Shown: positions 33,990-46,200 of the stretch, piece after piece
How the letters are laid out: every line of letters begins with the position of its first letter
Numbering within the stretch: the first letter of the stretch is position 1
Assembly: GCA_965649825.1 (NCBI GenBank)
Contig: OZ287695.1
Coordinates: 1,849,288-1,913,287 of the forward strand
Length of the DNA: 64,000 nucleotides
Direction: 5' to 3'
From: Penicillus capitatus
Lineage: Eukaryota; Plantae; Chlorophyta
The notes under the pieces: generated by a model
What the model saw: the letters and a program-made list of their open reading frames with translations, nothing else
What the model was told of the DNA's origin: nothing
Database searches by the model: none
Made by a program: the position numbers and the translations under genes

Positions 33990-36701
33990 CGTGTGCGCAC
34001 TGTTCGCAGAAAACGGAAAAACCGTAGAAACCCAGAAGAGTTCGCGAGCTCGAATGAGCCGAAGGACGCTCGAGAGGACGTTTTGATGCCGCTGCCGTTA
34101 CTGCTGACGAGTGGTGGTTGCCAACAGTCACCGAGGGAAGACTCCCGCACCCGGGGAGATCACTGGCGATTGCCGAAGACTCTGTGTTCGGGTCGAAGTG
34201 TCGAACACTTCGTCGATGGACCCCGTTTCCCAGCATGCGCCGGGGAGCAGAGGAGCTCTCTGTTTATCGGATCCGGGATGCTCATGAACAGGTAGGCGTC
34301 CATTTGACGGTTCTGCTATCCTTTTTGCCGTACGTTTCAACGGAAACCTTGGGATTCTTTACGCTCTGGCCCACAGGTGAACAGAGATCGACTTCTCAGG
34401 CGAACGGATTCTTATTCGAAGCAGTGAACGGAACACATGCTGTATGGCAGAGGATGAGGATGACAGAAGGCCAGAGGTTTAATCTCATTCGCCTCTCAAA
34501 GGAGCGTCTTACGATGAGTGATGCCTCTCACTCTCCGCGCGTCTTCGATCATCTAGAATTGTAACTTACTGTCTCTCGTGTGTTTTGAAATTCCTTTCGT
34601 GGCAGCTGGCCACGTTCAACAGCTATCGCTTGACCAGTCATAGTTCTATCTCATTGGATTTGCTGCAATTTCAGAGATTCGTGGTGATCCCTTTTCCTCG
34701 ATCTTCCCATGAATTCCATGCGTATGCATCGAGCTCCGTGTTAAATTTGATGTTTTGAAATTTACCGGACACTCGTAAATCTTATGATTTCTATTATCTA
34801 CAACTCTCTCGTCCGGCGTCATCGCAAGAAAGCTGGCGAACACCCGCGCGTCTGTGCTCAGATTTTCTCTAATTGAAAACAGAGCCGTCCTTGGCATGTA
34901 ACCTCGTGGTGTCTTCTGGATGGCAATCCTCTGGAAGAGGAAGAGAATCTGTATGTTTCTTGTTTAGCTTCGGCATTGAACGATGCTCTTTTTGTATCAT
35001 CTGTACACAGATCTCCTGCAGTTTAGTGAATCAACTTGACGTCTGATGGTGATGGAATCGGAATCTCGATACCCCAAATCCTCGGAACTCACCAAGGACA
35101 AGATACTAATAGGCTGTCTTGCTTCCGTTCTCTAATTGTTCTGTGGTCGCCCTCCAGCATTTCCAAAGCTGAGGACCACGATGCTTCACAGACGAAGAGT
35201 TGGATGTGTCACGAAGCTTTTCTGCAAATGTTGGGACCGGTGACGCATTTAAAATCGCTCTCTGCAGGCTCTCGGGACACACACTCTGTTTCGCCTAGCG
35301 CATTTATGTGTCACACGAGCACTCATTGCGAATTGAGCGATACACAAAGAGGCTTGTGCATAGGAGTGATATCAGAATTCGATTGTCAGCCACATCGCAG
35401 CCGCATAACAGTGACTGAGAACGCTATCCACGCCACTAAAAACTTGTGTACCTGTTCAGGTTTGGCGTTCGCGCAACGACAATGATCACAAAACGGTATC
35501 GTTTAGTCGAAGAACTCAAACGAAGGAAGCAATGCGATGAGATGCTGCGCGAAAACATCTGAGCAGGTCAATCTCCATGGTAGCTGTCGAAGTTGTACTC
35601 AGCGTTGGGAACAACTTGCGTCATTGACCACCGTTGCAACAAACCTACAATGCGGTGAGAACCACTACGAATAAACCGGGATGCTTATGGTATACATCTT
35701 CAATCTGGATCTCGTCGCATTCTAAACCACGTGGATGTCGGTGGCTCCAAAAGAGGGCGATTTCCTCGCCTCACATGCTTCTCGACCTCGCAGAAGGAAA
35801 CAGGGCTCCTCGGTCGGCAGCCACCAGGAGAGGAATGGACGCGAAAAAAGGCAGTAAGACAAAGAAGCCAAACTCAAGGCGATGCAAGAACGGCTGCCGG
35901 CGTACACGAAGCAGCAATCGGATTCTTGACGACCTTTACGATAGAGAGGCGGAGTTGCCAGAAACAAATACGTAAAGACACTACGGACGTAAGCAACGAT
36001 GAGCGGAGAGGTTTTTGACTGCAAGCAATTCTTGTCGTTGTCGCGTTAATCGACATAGACACACTCTCCTGCGATGCAGGTGCTCTTTTAAAAGCAGTCG
36101 CCACGGCATTGTCAGGAGAGTTCTCGTGCCGCCTATCACATCGACAGTGGACGTCACAGGAGATGTCGGAGCAACTTGAGCAATAGTGGTTCCGAGAAAA
36201 GTGTTTACGGCGAATCGTGGCACAATCGGCAGACAACATCGCAGTAATCGAAATCTGACAAGTGCTATGTCTGTTAGGAATCGCAGACGACATCGGCTAT
36301 ACAAATGTTCCGTCAGTAGAATGTTGCCCTTGACAAATATGAGCGGTCGGACATTAATGCCGCACCCACCCTCGACCGTCACGCCTGACGGATGGCCCAT
36401 CGCAGAACGCGTGATGTGACAGGTGGCAATAATAGTAGCAGTGCGGAAAGCGGCGCATTCGAAACCTGTTGCGTGATGATTAAACAACGAAGTCAATGAC
36501 TACCGTACAATAAGTCTACCCAAGAATGTGAGACTTCTTCGCCACAGTTTGCATCAGGTGATGATCGTGAAACGTTTCACTACAGCGTCGGGTAACAGCG
36601 ACAGAATGAAGAATGCGCAGCAGAAGGTACAACGAGAATTTCGACGCGTTAAGGGGTCTTCGCACCGTCCGCATTGTGCTTTGGGTGCGATTGATTTATC
36701 G

Positions 36702-38185
36702 TCATTCGCCGCCACCGCAATCGCAATCGCCACCGTCTCTGTCGCCATCTCCACCGTCTCCAGCGAAGCAATCCCCGCCGTCGTAAGACTCGTCTTTTCG
36801 TTTTCTTTTACGCTTAAATAAGCAAGGATAATAATACCAGATATAAAACAGCCAGGCAAGTCCAACGATAACGGCGGCGACACAGATTCCAACAGTTGCG
36901 GATCCACCTCTTGAGGATTCACCACTGTCGCTGGAACACTGAGAAACCGACTGGCACCCGGAACTTGCCACGCCATCGGATTCTGCGGGTTCAAACTGGT
37001 CGCCGGAGCCGTCGACATCGTTTTCATCACTAAGGGAGAAAACAAGTGATGCCTCAGCAGCTGATAGAATACATCTCACTTTTCAGAAACTGTATCATTC
37101 CAAGCGTATTTCGATGGAGTAGCGTCCCTGTTACCAGCCTTGTCGACGGCTCTGACTTCAAAGACATGACTTCCAGTGCCGTCGGTCTAAACGTCGATTA
37201 AGAAGCGCATTGTCGCTGTCCCAGTTGGCCTCTACCTGAATCCTGTGGGGACTGCTGCATGAGGTCCATTTACTTCCGTCCACTCTGCACTGAAACTTGT
37301 TCACTGCCCGGCGGTCGGTTGCCGTAAAAGTGAGTCTCCTTCCGGTGCAGCCAGTGCAGGTCACTCGTGTGATTTCAGTCTTCGGCGGCGTCCTGTCGAT
37401 AATCCAGGAACTCGAAGCTGATAATAGTCCATCTTCCGCCGCGTCAATATCTTCCTGTGACCCACATTTCGAGTCTAGGCTTTGCACTTTGAGTCGCCGA
37501 TACCTGGATGTCGAGACGGTACTCTCCATCCTTTCGAATCTGGTCGTCGAGGAGCAGCGGCGAGGAACATTTGTCATCCTTCCATTCTGTGACGTTGTTT
37601 CTCGACAGGACGCACTGCAATTCACGAGGCGACGTCGAAACGGGCGACTCGACGACGAACTCCACTCGGACGGCCTCTCGCTTCAAGAAATCCCCGTCGT
37701 AGTTTCCCTGCGAAACAGTTAACGACGATTCGCTCCGAAAGACAACTGACCTTGGTGATGCGAATCATCTCCTTCGAGTCCCTTTGGCGAAGTCGGCGTC
37801 GATATCCGCGTAGAGGAAGATGAGAGGCGTCGTCGACAGCGCATCTCCTCCGGATGTTGCTGAAATCGGGCTCCTGGAAATGCACAGTTGGGCTGCCTAG
37901 ACAGAGAGGAGCTAGGAGCCCCTTCGCAGCCAATGTTGCTCCGACACGCCAGGGAGACGCCAAAGCAGCTGTCAAGAACAAGCACGGGAGGAGTCGACGG
38001 CTCAACGAGGGAACACCGCAGCGTGACGAGAAGGTTCTCTTTACGAAACCACTGGAAGCGCATTCAAATGCTTGTACTAGTCGCCTTGTACCAGTGGGTC
38101 TGTAAAGACAAAGGAGCCGAAGATGAATCGCGGACTTGAGCCGAAGACGACGGCCTTCTTTTCCGATGCAGGATACTGCAGGCAT
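36702..38185 (-). CDS. Type I membrane protein with bacterial-style Ig-like/FN3-like domain(s), paralog 1
   Basis: Spliced: MIRITK|GNYDGDF..., DIQ|EDID..SWIIDRTPPKTEI..FQCRVDGSKWTSCSSP..|TDGTGSHVFEVRAVDKAGNRDATP; TM VGICVAAVIVGLAWLFYIWYYY followed by KRKRKRK and a Gly/Asp tail. Start uncertain. Confidence 0.8.
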
Positions 38186-39960
38186 TGTCGTGCGTCTCGC
38201 TCACAGACGCTGACTGACTTTATCGTGTCGACTCCACGTAACCGACAAAGCTGAGATCACTGTTTTTATGCCACCACGAGATGACGAAAGTTTTAAAACC
38301 GCCAACGAGCGACAAAGCTCAATGCAGTCGGCATTTAACGTACTCAGAGAGTAAGTGCCATACGGATTCAACACATGGTTCGCCTCCGAACTACAGAGGA
38401 AGACTTGTCCAAGAAGGCGGGATGACACCTGCAGCGACGAGAACAAGACTAGATGTGTTTTGCGAGAGTTGGTCGACTTCTGACCTTCCCTGTTCGTGAT
38501 CTCTCAGTAATCGTTAAAGCCTTTTCATTGTCAGTCTAACCAAGGATCGGGAAAGCAAGATTAAGATGGATGCTCATGATGCGCGTAACAGCATTCTTGT
38601 GTCGGCGAGGAATCTGTTGTGCGGGTGGCGCGATCTCATCCGCAAGCAGCCCTCGCTTCCGCGTATTCTTGTAATCGGCCGCTTCGATTCGGAACGCGTA
38701 CCCTGCGTTTCTTGGATGAAATGCAATTAATGACCACAGGCGCCCGCAGGAACGTGTTCTTCTGAACCAACCGCTTCGCGGCGAGAGCAGTCGCCGTCAA
38801 GATGCGAAGACGTACGCCACTCCGATGAAAACGAACGTCTCGGTGCGCACGAATCAAGTTGCCATCTGACGGTGAAGAATAGAACGTTCGTCATTCATCA
38901 AGTTTAGAGTCGGAGTGGCAACTTCCGAATGCGATAGACAGGCAGACATTGAAGTGTTGCAAAGGATCGACGATCTGCTTGCACGGATAACACGATGCCA
39001 CTCCTGTCGACTCAATGACGTCGAATCATCTCCGCTCCCACGCGCTTTGTTTTGATTGTCGCTTGAGGCTAACGGACGCCAGTATCTCGTCGTGCCCGGT
39101 GCTGCGCAACCTGCTACCCTATAACGTCGATTTCCGATGATGATAACAATCGCAGTCTCATCGTTTGCAACAGATTTGAGATTTTCTTTATTCTTTTCGG
39201 CGGCCAACGACTAGAGTCGAATTGGGACTGTACTTTGCGCGTCCCTAATAGCAACAGCCTCTTGTTCTACGTACGACCCTACAGGCTGCACCAAGCCCGG
39301 ATTCGACAGCTCGCTGCCAGAGCAAAGGAGGAAAACATATCGGCTATGACGAAAGAACAACGATGCGCCAGTTCGGCTGTCGCATCCAGATACGTTGGCG
39401 GTTTCTTTTCTTGCGCGTCAGTTACGTCAGTACGTGCTGTAGTTCGTGTGTGTGTGGTGAAGAATCTCGATCCCGAAATTCTGAAAGAAAAAAAACGTGG
39501 GAAACGAGGTGAAAGCTTCTAGCGAAGGACTCGAAAGTGTCAGTCCTCTCCGCCGCCTCCTTCTTCCCTGCGAGCGGCCGAGCTCCGAGAGCGGAGCCGA
39601 ATGCACGCGCACTCCCACTTGAGACAGACATAAACTTCGGTAAAGGCGATGAGGAGGAGAATTCCTCTTTTACATGGTGCGCTCTTAGAGCATGTTCCAT
39701 GGTTCTGTGCATTTACTTACAGTGGCATTCACATTTACCACCCGACGCCCATTGTCAATTCACCGTTCAATCGTTCAATTAGGAGACTCGTGCTTCCATC
39801 CGTCGCTTCACATGTCTCACAGCGTCTGCGACGATTCGTCGTCCACCTCACGTCTAACCGCATGCTCCGGTCTGGACTTGACCCGCGTCTTTTTAATTGC
39901 CCAATCTTCCGATTTTCTTGATCATGATGAGTCGCCGCTTCACCCTCCGGCCAGTCACTA

Positions 39961-41402
39961 TCACCCGAGTGACTCACGGGGCGCCTCGGCGGGATTCGAA
40001 CCCACGCCTCTTGAGAAAACCTCAAGTGTGCCAACCATTACACCACGAGGGCTGTAAAGGCGATGACGAAGAAAACCATGAAAAACTATTGTGGGAAGTA
40101 TCGGATTGACGGTCTGTTTTGGTCCTTTGCCGCGGGGCTCGCCCTGCCCAGAAGCGTTCAAATGGATTTCGTCAAAACCAAGGTAAAAATCGGGATACGT
40201 ATAGGTATCGTCGACATCCAAAGAGAAGTCGGCGCCCGAGGGGCTGTCGGCGAGATCTAAGGGGTCGTCGGCTTCCGAATGGCTGTCGTACAGCTCCGCC
40301 GACGGCAAACTGAACTCGGCGATGTAGTCGAAACAATCTAAACAGTCTAGAAAATCGTAGACGTCGTAGGAGGCCGCATCCCTGTGGCAGAACAGTGTGA
40401 CACGCCAACAGGAGGCTTCGACTGGCTGCGTTTCGACGTACTTGTTTGGCGGTGGCACTTTGACGCTGCGCGTGGGCGGATGCGGATCTTTGTTTCCTGC
40501 TCGATCCACGGCTCGAACCTTGAACGAATACAGCCCAGCTCCATCGAACTGCGCACACCCCTCAGTACATAGCGGGTCGTCCCGCGGGACAGTACTTCGA
40601 CGTTGGTGGGACTGACGCACGGTCTCCATCTGCTGCCGTTGAAACTGCACTGAAATCCGTCGACTCCCCAGTCGTCCGTGGCGTCGAACTCGAGGCGCAG
40701 CCCTCTGTCCCCGACGTATTGCGTATCAACGATCTCGGTCTCTGGAGGCGTTCGATCGATGATCCACGAGCTCGACGCCGAAGGTTCTTCGCCCAGACGG
40801 ATACCGACTCCCTACAATGGTCCACCAAGTTTGGCGCCGCGCGGCTCAGAACAGCGTTGCCTGGATGTCGAGGCGGTACTCTCCGTCCTCTCGAACCTGG
40901 TCTTCCAACAGCAGCGGCGAGGAGCACGTGTCCGTCCATTCTGTGACGCCGTCTCTCGCGAGGACACACTGCACCCCGCGAGGCGTTGTGCGGAAGGGAG
41001 ACTCGATGACGAACTCCACTCGGACGGCCTCTTGCCTCAAGAAACCCCCCACGTAGTTTCCCTGCAGGATGGCTGAAGACCACTCGCCGCGAAAGGACAC
41101 TGACTTCCGTGATGCGAATCATTTCCTTCGATGCTCTCTGGCGCAGTCGGCGTCGATATCCGCTCAGAGGAAGAAGACGCCAGTTGCACCAGCTGCACGC
41201 TGCATGTCTCTTCCGAGCCACGTCTTCGCCCGCGGCCTCGAATGCATTAAGTGGGATTCCTAAGAATTCGTCGAACAGTGGGCGACGGAGGTTGTAAAAG
41301 AGGAGTCTGCCGACCATTCTGAAGCGGCTTCGTTTTCGCGCGACAAGACGACGCCAAAGCGTTCAGCAGGAACAGGGAGAAAAGGAACCGGGGAGAAGAC
41401 AT
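39961..41402 (-). CDS. Ig-like surface protein paralog 2 (signal peptide, no TM found; secreted or truncated)
   Basis: MSSPRFLFSLFLLNALA signal; same exon structure as paralog 1; SWIIDRTPPETEI, FQCSFNGSRWRPCVSP, SFKVRAVDRAGNKDPHP; acidic D/Y-rich tail that reads through a tRNA-like element. Confidence 0.75.
39981..40052 (-). tRNA. tRNA-like element (pseudo-tRNA or SINE head) with a non-canonical anticodon loop
   Basis: GCCCTCGTGGTGTAATGGTTGGCACACTTGAGGTTTTCTCAAGAGGCGTGGGTTCGAATCCCGCCGAGGCGC: A box, B box, D-stem GTGT/GCAC, anticodon stem CTTGA/TCAAG, T-stem GTGGG/CCCGC. The loop GGTTTTC lacks U33 and the acceptor stem needs a bulge. Confidence 0.55.
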
Positions 41403-41605
41403 GGAAATCGCCGCGGCAGGACGCCGACTTCCTCGGAACAATCATTGGAAACGGACTCAATTGTTGAAAATTATCCATCCTACTCGGTGTGCGAATGCAA
41501 GGGTACCGAGCGACGACCCAGGACTTGTGGGGCGATGCGTTCGTCACTATCTTATTTACGCGCCTTTCGTGGACGCGCCAACCTCTTCGTCGATGCCGAC
41601 TCCGC

Positions 41606-41687
41606 GTTCATGCTTGACGGCTGCATTGTTGCTCGTGCACCGCAGAAGGACGACAGTCGAGATGCCAGTGCGCGACAAGGATCGCCT
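41606..41687. repeat. Dispersed repeat copy 1 (matches 53337-53416)
   Basis: 46 nt identical (41642-41687 = 53371-53416) plus a similar upstream segment. Confidence 0.9.
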
Positions 41688-42449
41688 GCGATCGTCGTCG
41701 ACCGAACGAACACTTGTCGTTTTCGTCGGCCGATGGCACTGAGACAGTTTCGTTGTTTTACGCACTCGCGAGATGCGCAGAATCTCTACACGCTCGTCCA
41801 TCTCTATGCCCGACGCCGCAGCGAGTGTCGTCAAGCAGACACCTACAACAGAGGAACACACCGAAGGGTGGAGATTGAGGGGTGCGTTGCTTGCTGTCTC
41901 GGAGAGTCGTAGGGATTCTATCGCTGTGCTATTGCGTTCAACAGAATGTACCTGTAGACAAGGTTTCGCGTATCCCCTCTTTGGCGGATCGGATTGGCAT
42001 CCTGATGCACAGAGATTCGCCGCGCGACGGAATCAAAGCGCTTTCGAAACCGCGTCTCCCGCGCGCAGAATCGTTCGGATCCTTGTCTCGTCGATGCCGT
42101 GCAAGCATTCAGTAAGTTCGCGGCCTCGTCTCACTTAAGCAGTCCTCCACCAGATTCCAACCACTGCAGCGCACACAGATGCTAGCCTTTCAACATATGG
42201 CTGTCATACTTCATGCATTCGCCACGGTTCGGTTTGTTTTCGCCAGAACGCGTTTCTGTTAGACGAAGGCTCTTCTTTAACACGAAAAGAGAGAAAGTGG
42301 ACGAACGATTCAGCAGTACGCCGAAACACATCGACACGCGCCTACGCGACGCAGAGTCTGCGGCTTTCTTTACAATGGTCTGCCTGGCAAAGCCTCGGCG
42401 AAGAACTCAAGTGTTAGAATCCAATACCAACGGCAGTCAGACATGAGCG

Positions 42450-43250
42450 ACGAGGATTTCCGGAAGCAGATCGCCAAACCAGAAAGAGACTTGATTGGCA
42501 GGACAGTGGTCGGCCGACGCAGTTTCAGCTGCCGAACAAGCGTTCCTGGAAGCCCACGCACGACGTTCTCTCGCAGCCTTGACCTCGCGACGAACTCACG
42601 CCGTTTTCGCATCTGTCCGTCTTACGTCGGAGTCCCTCCCTCCCGTACGCCTTTGTGGCCACTTGCTGAACTGTGTCGGAGGAGACGAAACGAAAACGGT
42701 GTCTGTCGCGTCGATACGCACGCCCTTCTCAGTCCTTAACAGCTGAACCGGACTGTACGCCATGCACTGCTCGGACACAGGAAAGAGTGCAAAGCGAATC
42801 TCAGAAGACGCGCTGCTTGGACAACTTCTCCCAGGCGAACGTTCGACTTGGGCTTCCCTCAGAGCACGTCGTCTGCTATCGGTCGTGCCGTCGTCGACTC
42901 TGAGAGACACCCGACCCGTGTCGCCTCGAATCGATGTGCAGGCTGAAAGGGCGAGCCATGGCTGCTCAAGAGTCCGGCACACCGACGGACCCTTGTCTGT
43001 CACTCTACGGTCGCCGCCACAGCCGTCACAGTCGCCACAGGTCTATTCCATTCCACAGGCACCCTTTCGAGATCTCGGGCATCGCTCGGACACCGACATT
43101 CGCGTGCAAGCCTCTCGGACAGAGGCGTGGCGTGGTGGTGCTGGCGGAGAGACCGCAGGATGGGCGACACATAGCGAGCTGAACTGTTGTCCGCGGTCAC
43201 ACGGCGCAACGTGCTCGGCGAGTTACGGAACCTCAGTCGAGAATGCCTGT
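42450..43250 (+). pseudogene. Possible degraded BRCT/RFC1-like N-terminal remnant
   Basis: Weak echoes such as AEQAFLEAHARRSLAALTSRRTHAVF and FEISGIAR versus the RFC1 BRCT at 22.5 kb; low-level similarity only. Confidence 0.25.
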
Positions 43251-46200
43251 TGCGAGTCGGCGCCGCCCTCGTCTGCCAGCGGCGGTGGATGCACCAACGA
43301 GATCTGCGGATTCTAGACGCCTTCGCCCAGCAGATGACGACGACCTTGACGATGGAATGCGGTGCAACACCCTTTGCAAGAGTCAGGAAGGCGTCGTCGA
43401 TTCAGCGTTACGACGTCGGATCGTAGGTCGCACGCAACGTAAAAGGAACGGAAGTCGACTGTTTAAACAATTCTTGAAAATATTATTCTTTGGAAAGTGC
43501 GATGATGTCCAGTGAAAAAGTGTCAGAATGGAGGAGCACGGAAGAGGAGTTGCCCACCCCGCCACATAGTCTGCAAAGAAAGAGTGAGAGACTGTGAATG
43601 TGCGCTAGAGGGACTTACGGTCGGCGAGCGGCGCCTCACAGTGCGGCGCGGGAGGTCACCCTGAACGAGCACTGACACCAGATCCGATCAAGGTGCGCGA
43701 GGAGAACGCGATGCAACTGGTGGTCAACTAGTCGAAGGTAGGTCGCGAATCTCAATGAGACGGCGCGCAGCGCGGACACGCAGGTGGGTCCAAAATGACA
43801 TGAAAGAACAGACAGGTGAAAAGAAAACAACACAGGAAACAACACTTTGCATGGAGAAAAATAAGCAAAACATGCACAACAGGAGGTAACAGAGTCACAC
43901 TAGAAGAGGAAAAGGCGAATTTCAAAACGCAGCACATAAACAGCTACAGTAAGAAAAAAACAACAATTACAGTTGAAGAAGTGCACACAGACAAACAAAG
44001 AAGAAAAAAGTCAAAATGTAAATAAAACACAGAAGAAACAGGTAAGCAACAAACAGAGGGAAAAAAAGACACTGGCACAGAAAGCATGGAAGAACACAAG
44101 AGACACCCAGGAGGGAGGAGAGATACTAAGAAAACTGAAAGAAAAGATGGTCCTGGGTGTCTGAGATTCACGCCTACCCCCTTTCGTCGGCAGTCCACAC
44201 CCGCCTGCCTCATGTGCGCGACCAAGAAAGGCGGGCAGGTCGCCAAGGCCCTACCCGGTGGTGCCGCGAGGGGTGGTGCGACGCCGCTGCCTCGGGGTGG
44301 GGAAGCGATATTTCTGCAGCTGATGGATGCAGTGATGTCGGTGCCCTGGATGTCTCGAAGTCATGTTTCTCCATGCAGTTGTCTGCAACATCGGCTTCTT
44401 TAAGCGCTTTGTGAGTCAGTCATCCTAGATCTGCGAGTCAATCAGATACCCCATTAAGAACGTAGACGGGTGATCTCACTCTTGTCAGTGGGTTTGTTCA
44501 CAGGCTTCTGCGTCTTTTTCCGCAGATCCATTGTTTTCGGCAGCTTCAGAGCACATGGCGGTTTCTGACTTGGCGCGTGTGGAGGAAGGTCCAGAGAAGA
44601 TTGCTCCTGACGGTGCGTGGTTGGCTGTATGCTCAGCCAAGGATCTTCATCCAGCCATATTTGCTGTCGAACGCTTTACCAGCAGACTCTTCTCAATCTC
44701 GTCTCTTGAAGCACTGAAAGTCAGTTAAGACAGCACTGAGTGTCAATAGATGGACTAACCTGTCAGTTGCATCCCTCAAGTGGAGGTTCTTGCTCCGACG
44801 GGAGACCAGAGTATTGTCGGTTGCATACTCTCAGTCCAGGACTGGATGTCATTCGAAGTTGCTTTGTTTTGACTGCTATCGCTCTTTCCAGTAGAATCCC
44901 TGTCAGAGGGAGAAGTCCTGCAATTGCAACACAGACTGTGATTCTGTCCGCAGTACGTTGATAGCTGGAGGAGACGCTCAGGCTGGATTGCGACGCGTCC
45001 CGCCCTTCCAGTCGAACGTGCTCCAGCATGCTTCGACAGACATGCATACATCTGCTGCCTGGAGAACATGATCACATGGACACTGTGGCCCACCCCAGGC
45101 TCGATCTCATTCCGGTCTCCACGGGGCTGGAAGAGCGAATGGGTGGCTTGGTTGCCGTATGTTCTCTCGGTTTGTCTTGGTAGCGGTGGTCCAGAGAACG
45201 TGACATTCCACGGACCGTTCGCGGATCTGGACCAGAGCTTCATCACAATCAGCTCTGATGCTCGATGGGCTCTTGTCTGGATCGAAGTTCTACCTTCTCC
45301 TCAAAGGCATCTGTCTCTCAAGAGGCAAAGGGGTGTCAGTTGACCAAGGAAGTCGTTTTCAAGACTCCAACTGCAGATGGAGGAATGTGATCTCTCCGGC
45401 CAGGTCTTCTTAGACGCAGTTCTCCTGGCTTTTTTGATGTGGGCTGTCTGGGTCAACAGAAGGGATTCTGAACAGCTGCAGCGTCTCCGGATTGCAGAGA
45501 GGCTCTCTCCTTCGCCTGTCTCTCCATTCTGGAGGAGACGACACAATTTATCCGCAGTGGGATGAGTCCGGTCGGTGTCATTCGAGGACTTCATCGGCTA
45601 CTTCGGAAGGACGGCGTCTCCATGCACCTTACTGAATGGATTAGGGCCTTGAGGTTATCCAGTTTCATCCTGGAAGGACTGTGTGTCTCTCCAGAAAGTT
45701 AAGGCATTCTTATCGGTCATCTTGGTTTCTTGTGGCGATACGCATTGGCTGGCGACCAAATCCCATCGATTTATCGCTCGCCCTGTACTGCAAAATCGCA
45801 ATGTTGTCTTGTCGGTTGTGCAATCTCTGCATGGACTTGATCATGACTGTTTGGAAAACCGAGCAGGGATTACCTTTGAGGATCTGGTGACTGGCTCACT
45901 GTTCGACGACTCCGACAGCAAAGGTTGTGTGTGCGCCAGAGCAGGAATCGTGATTGAATGAAGATCTCTTCGCCAATGTCAAGTCGCTGGTCCTTGACAC
46001 TCTTTCTTCGATGTGTGTCGCGGATGCTTCTGCCCGATCACACATCTGTAGCTGGCTGAGATGGATTCCATGCTGCTCGTTCGTTGTCATCCAGCACGGC
46101 CTGAACTCTGAACTCTCGTGACTTCTCCAAGGGATCTTCGCTTCCAGTTCGACTGAGTTTGTGCCAAGCTGTCTCCATCTCGGCCATTCTAGAACCACAC

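Larger units (their letters stand above)
28250..34330 (-). mobile_element. LINE-A: decayed L1/Tx1-like non-LTR retrotransposon (boundaries approximate)
   Basis: Minus-strand remnants in the expected order: KLGCWNNFG (APE start, ~32850), ILDL*ASKAL (RT3-like, ~30410), HVALLGDEAD (RT5-like, ~30130), RVLTSVLMSKVIFL (thumb, ~29080), then a T-rich 3' block. Many stops and frameshifts. Confidence 0.7.
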
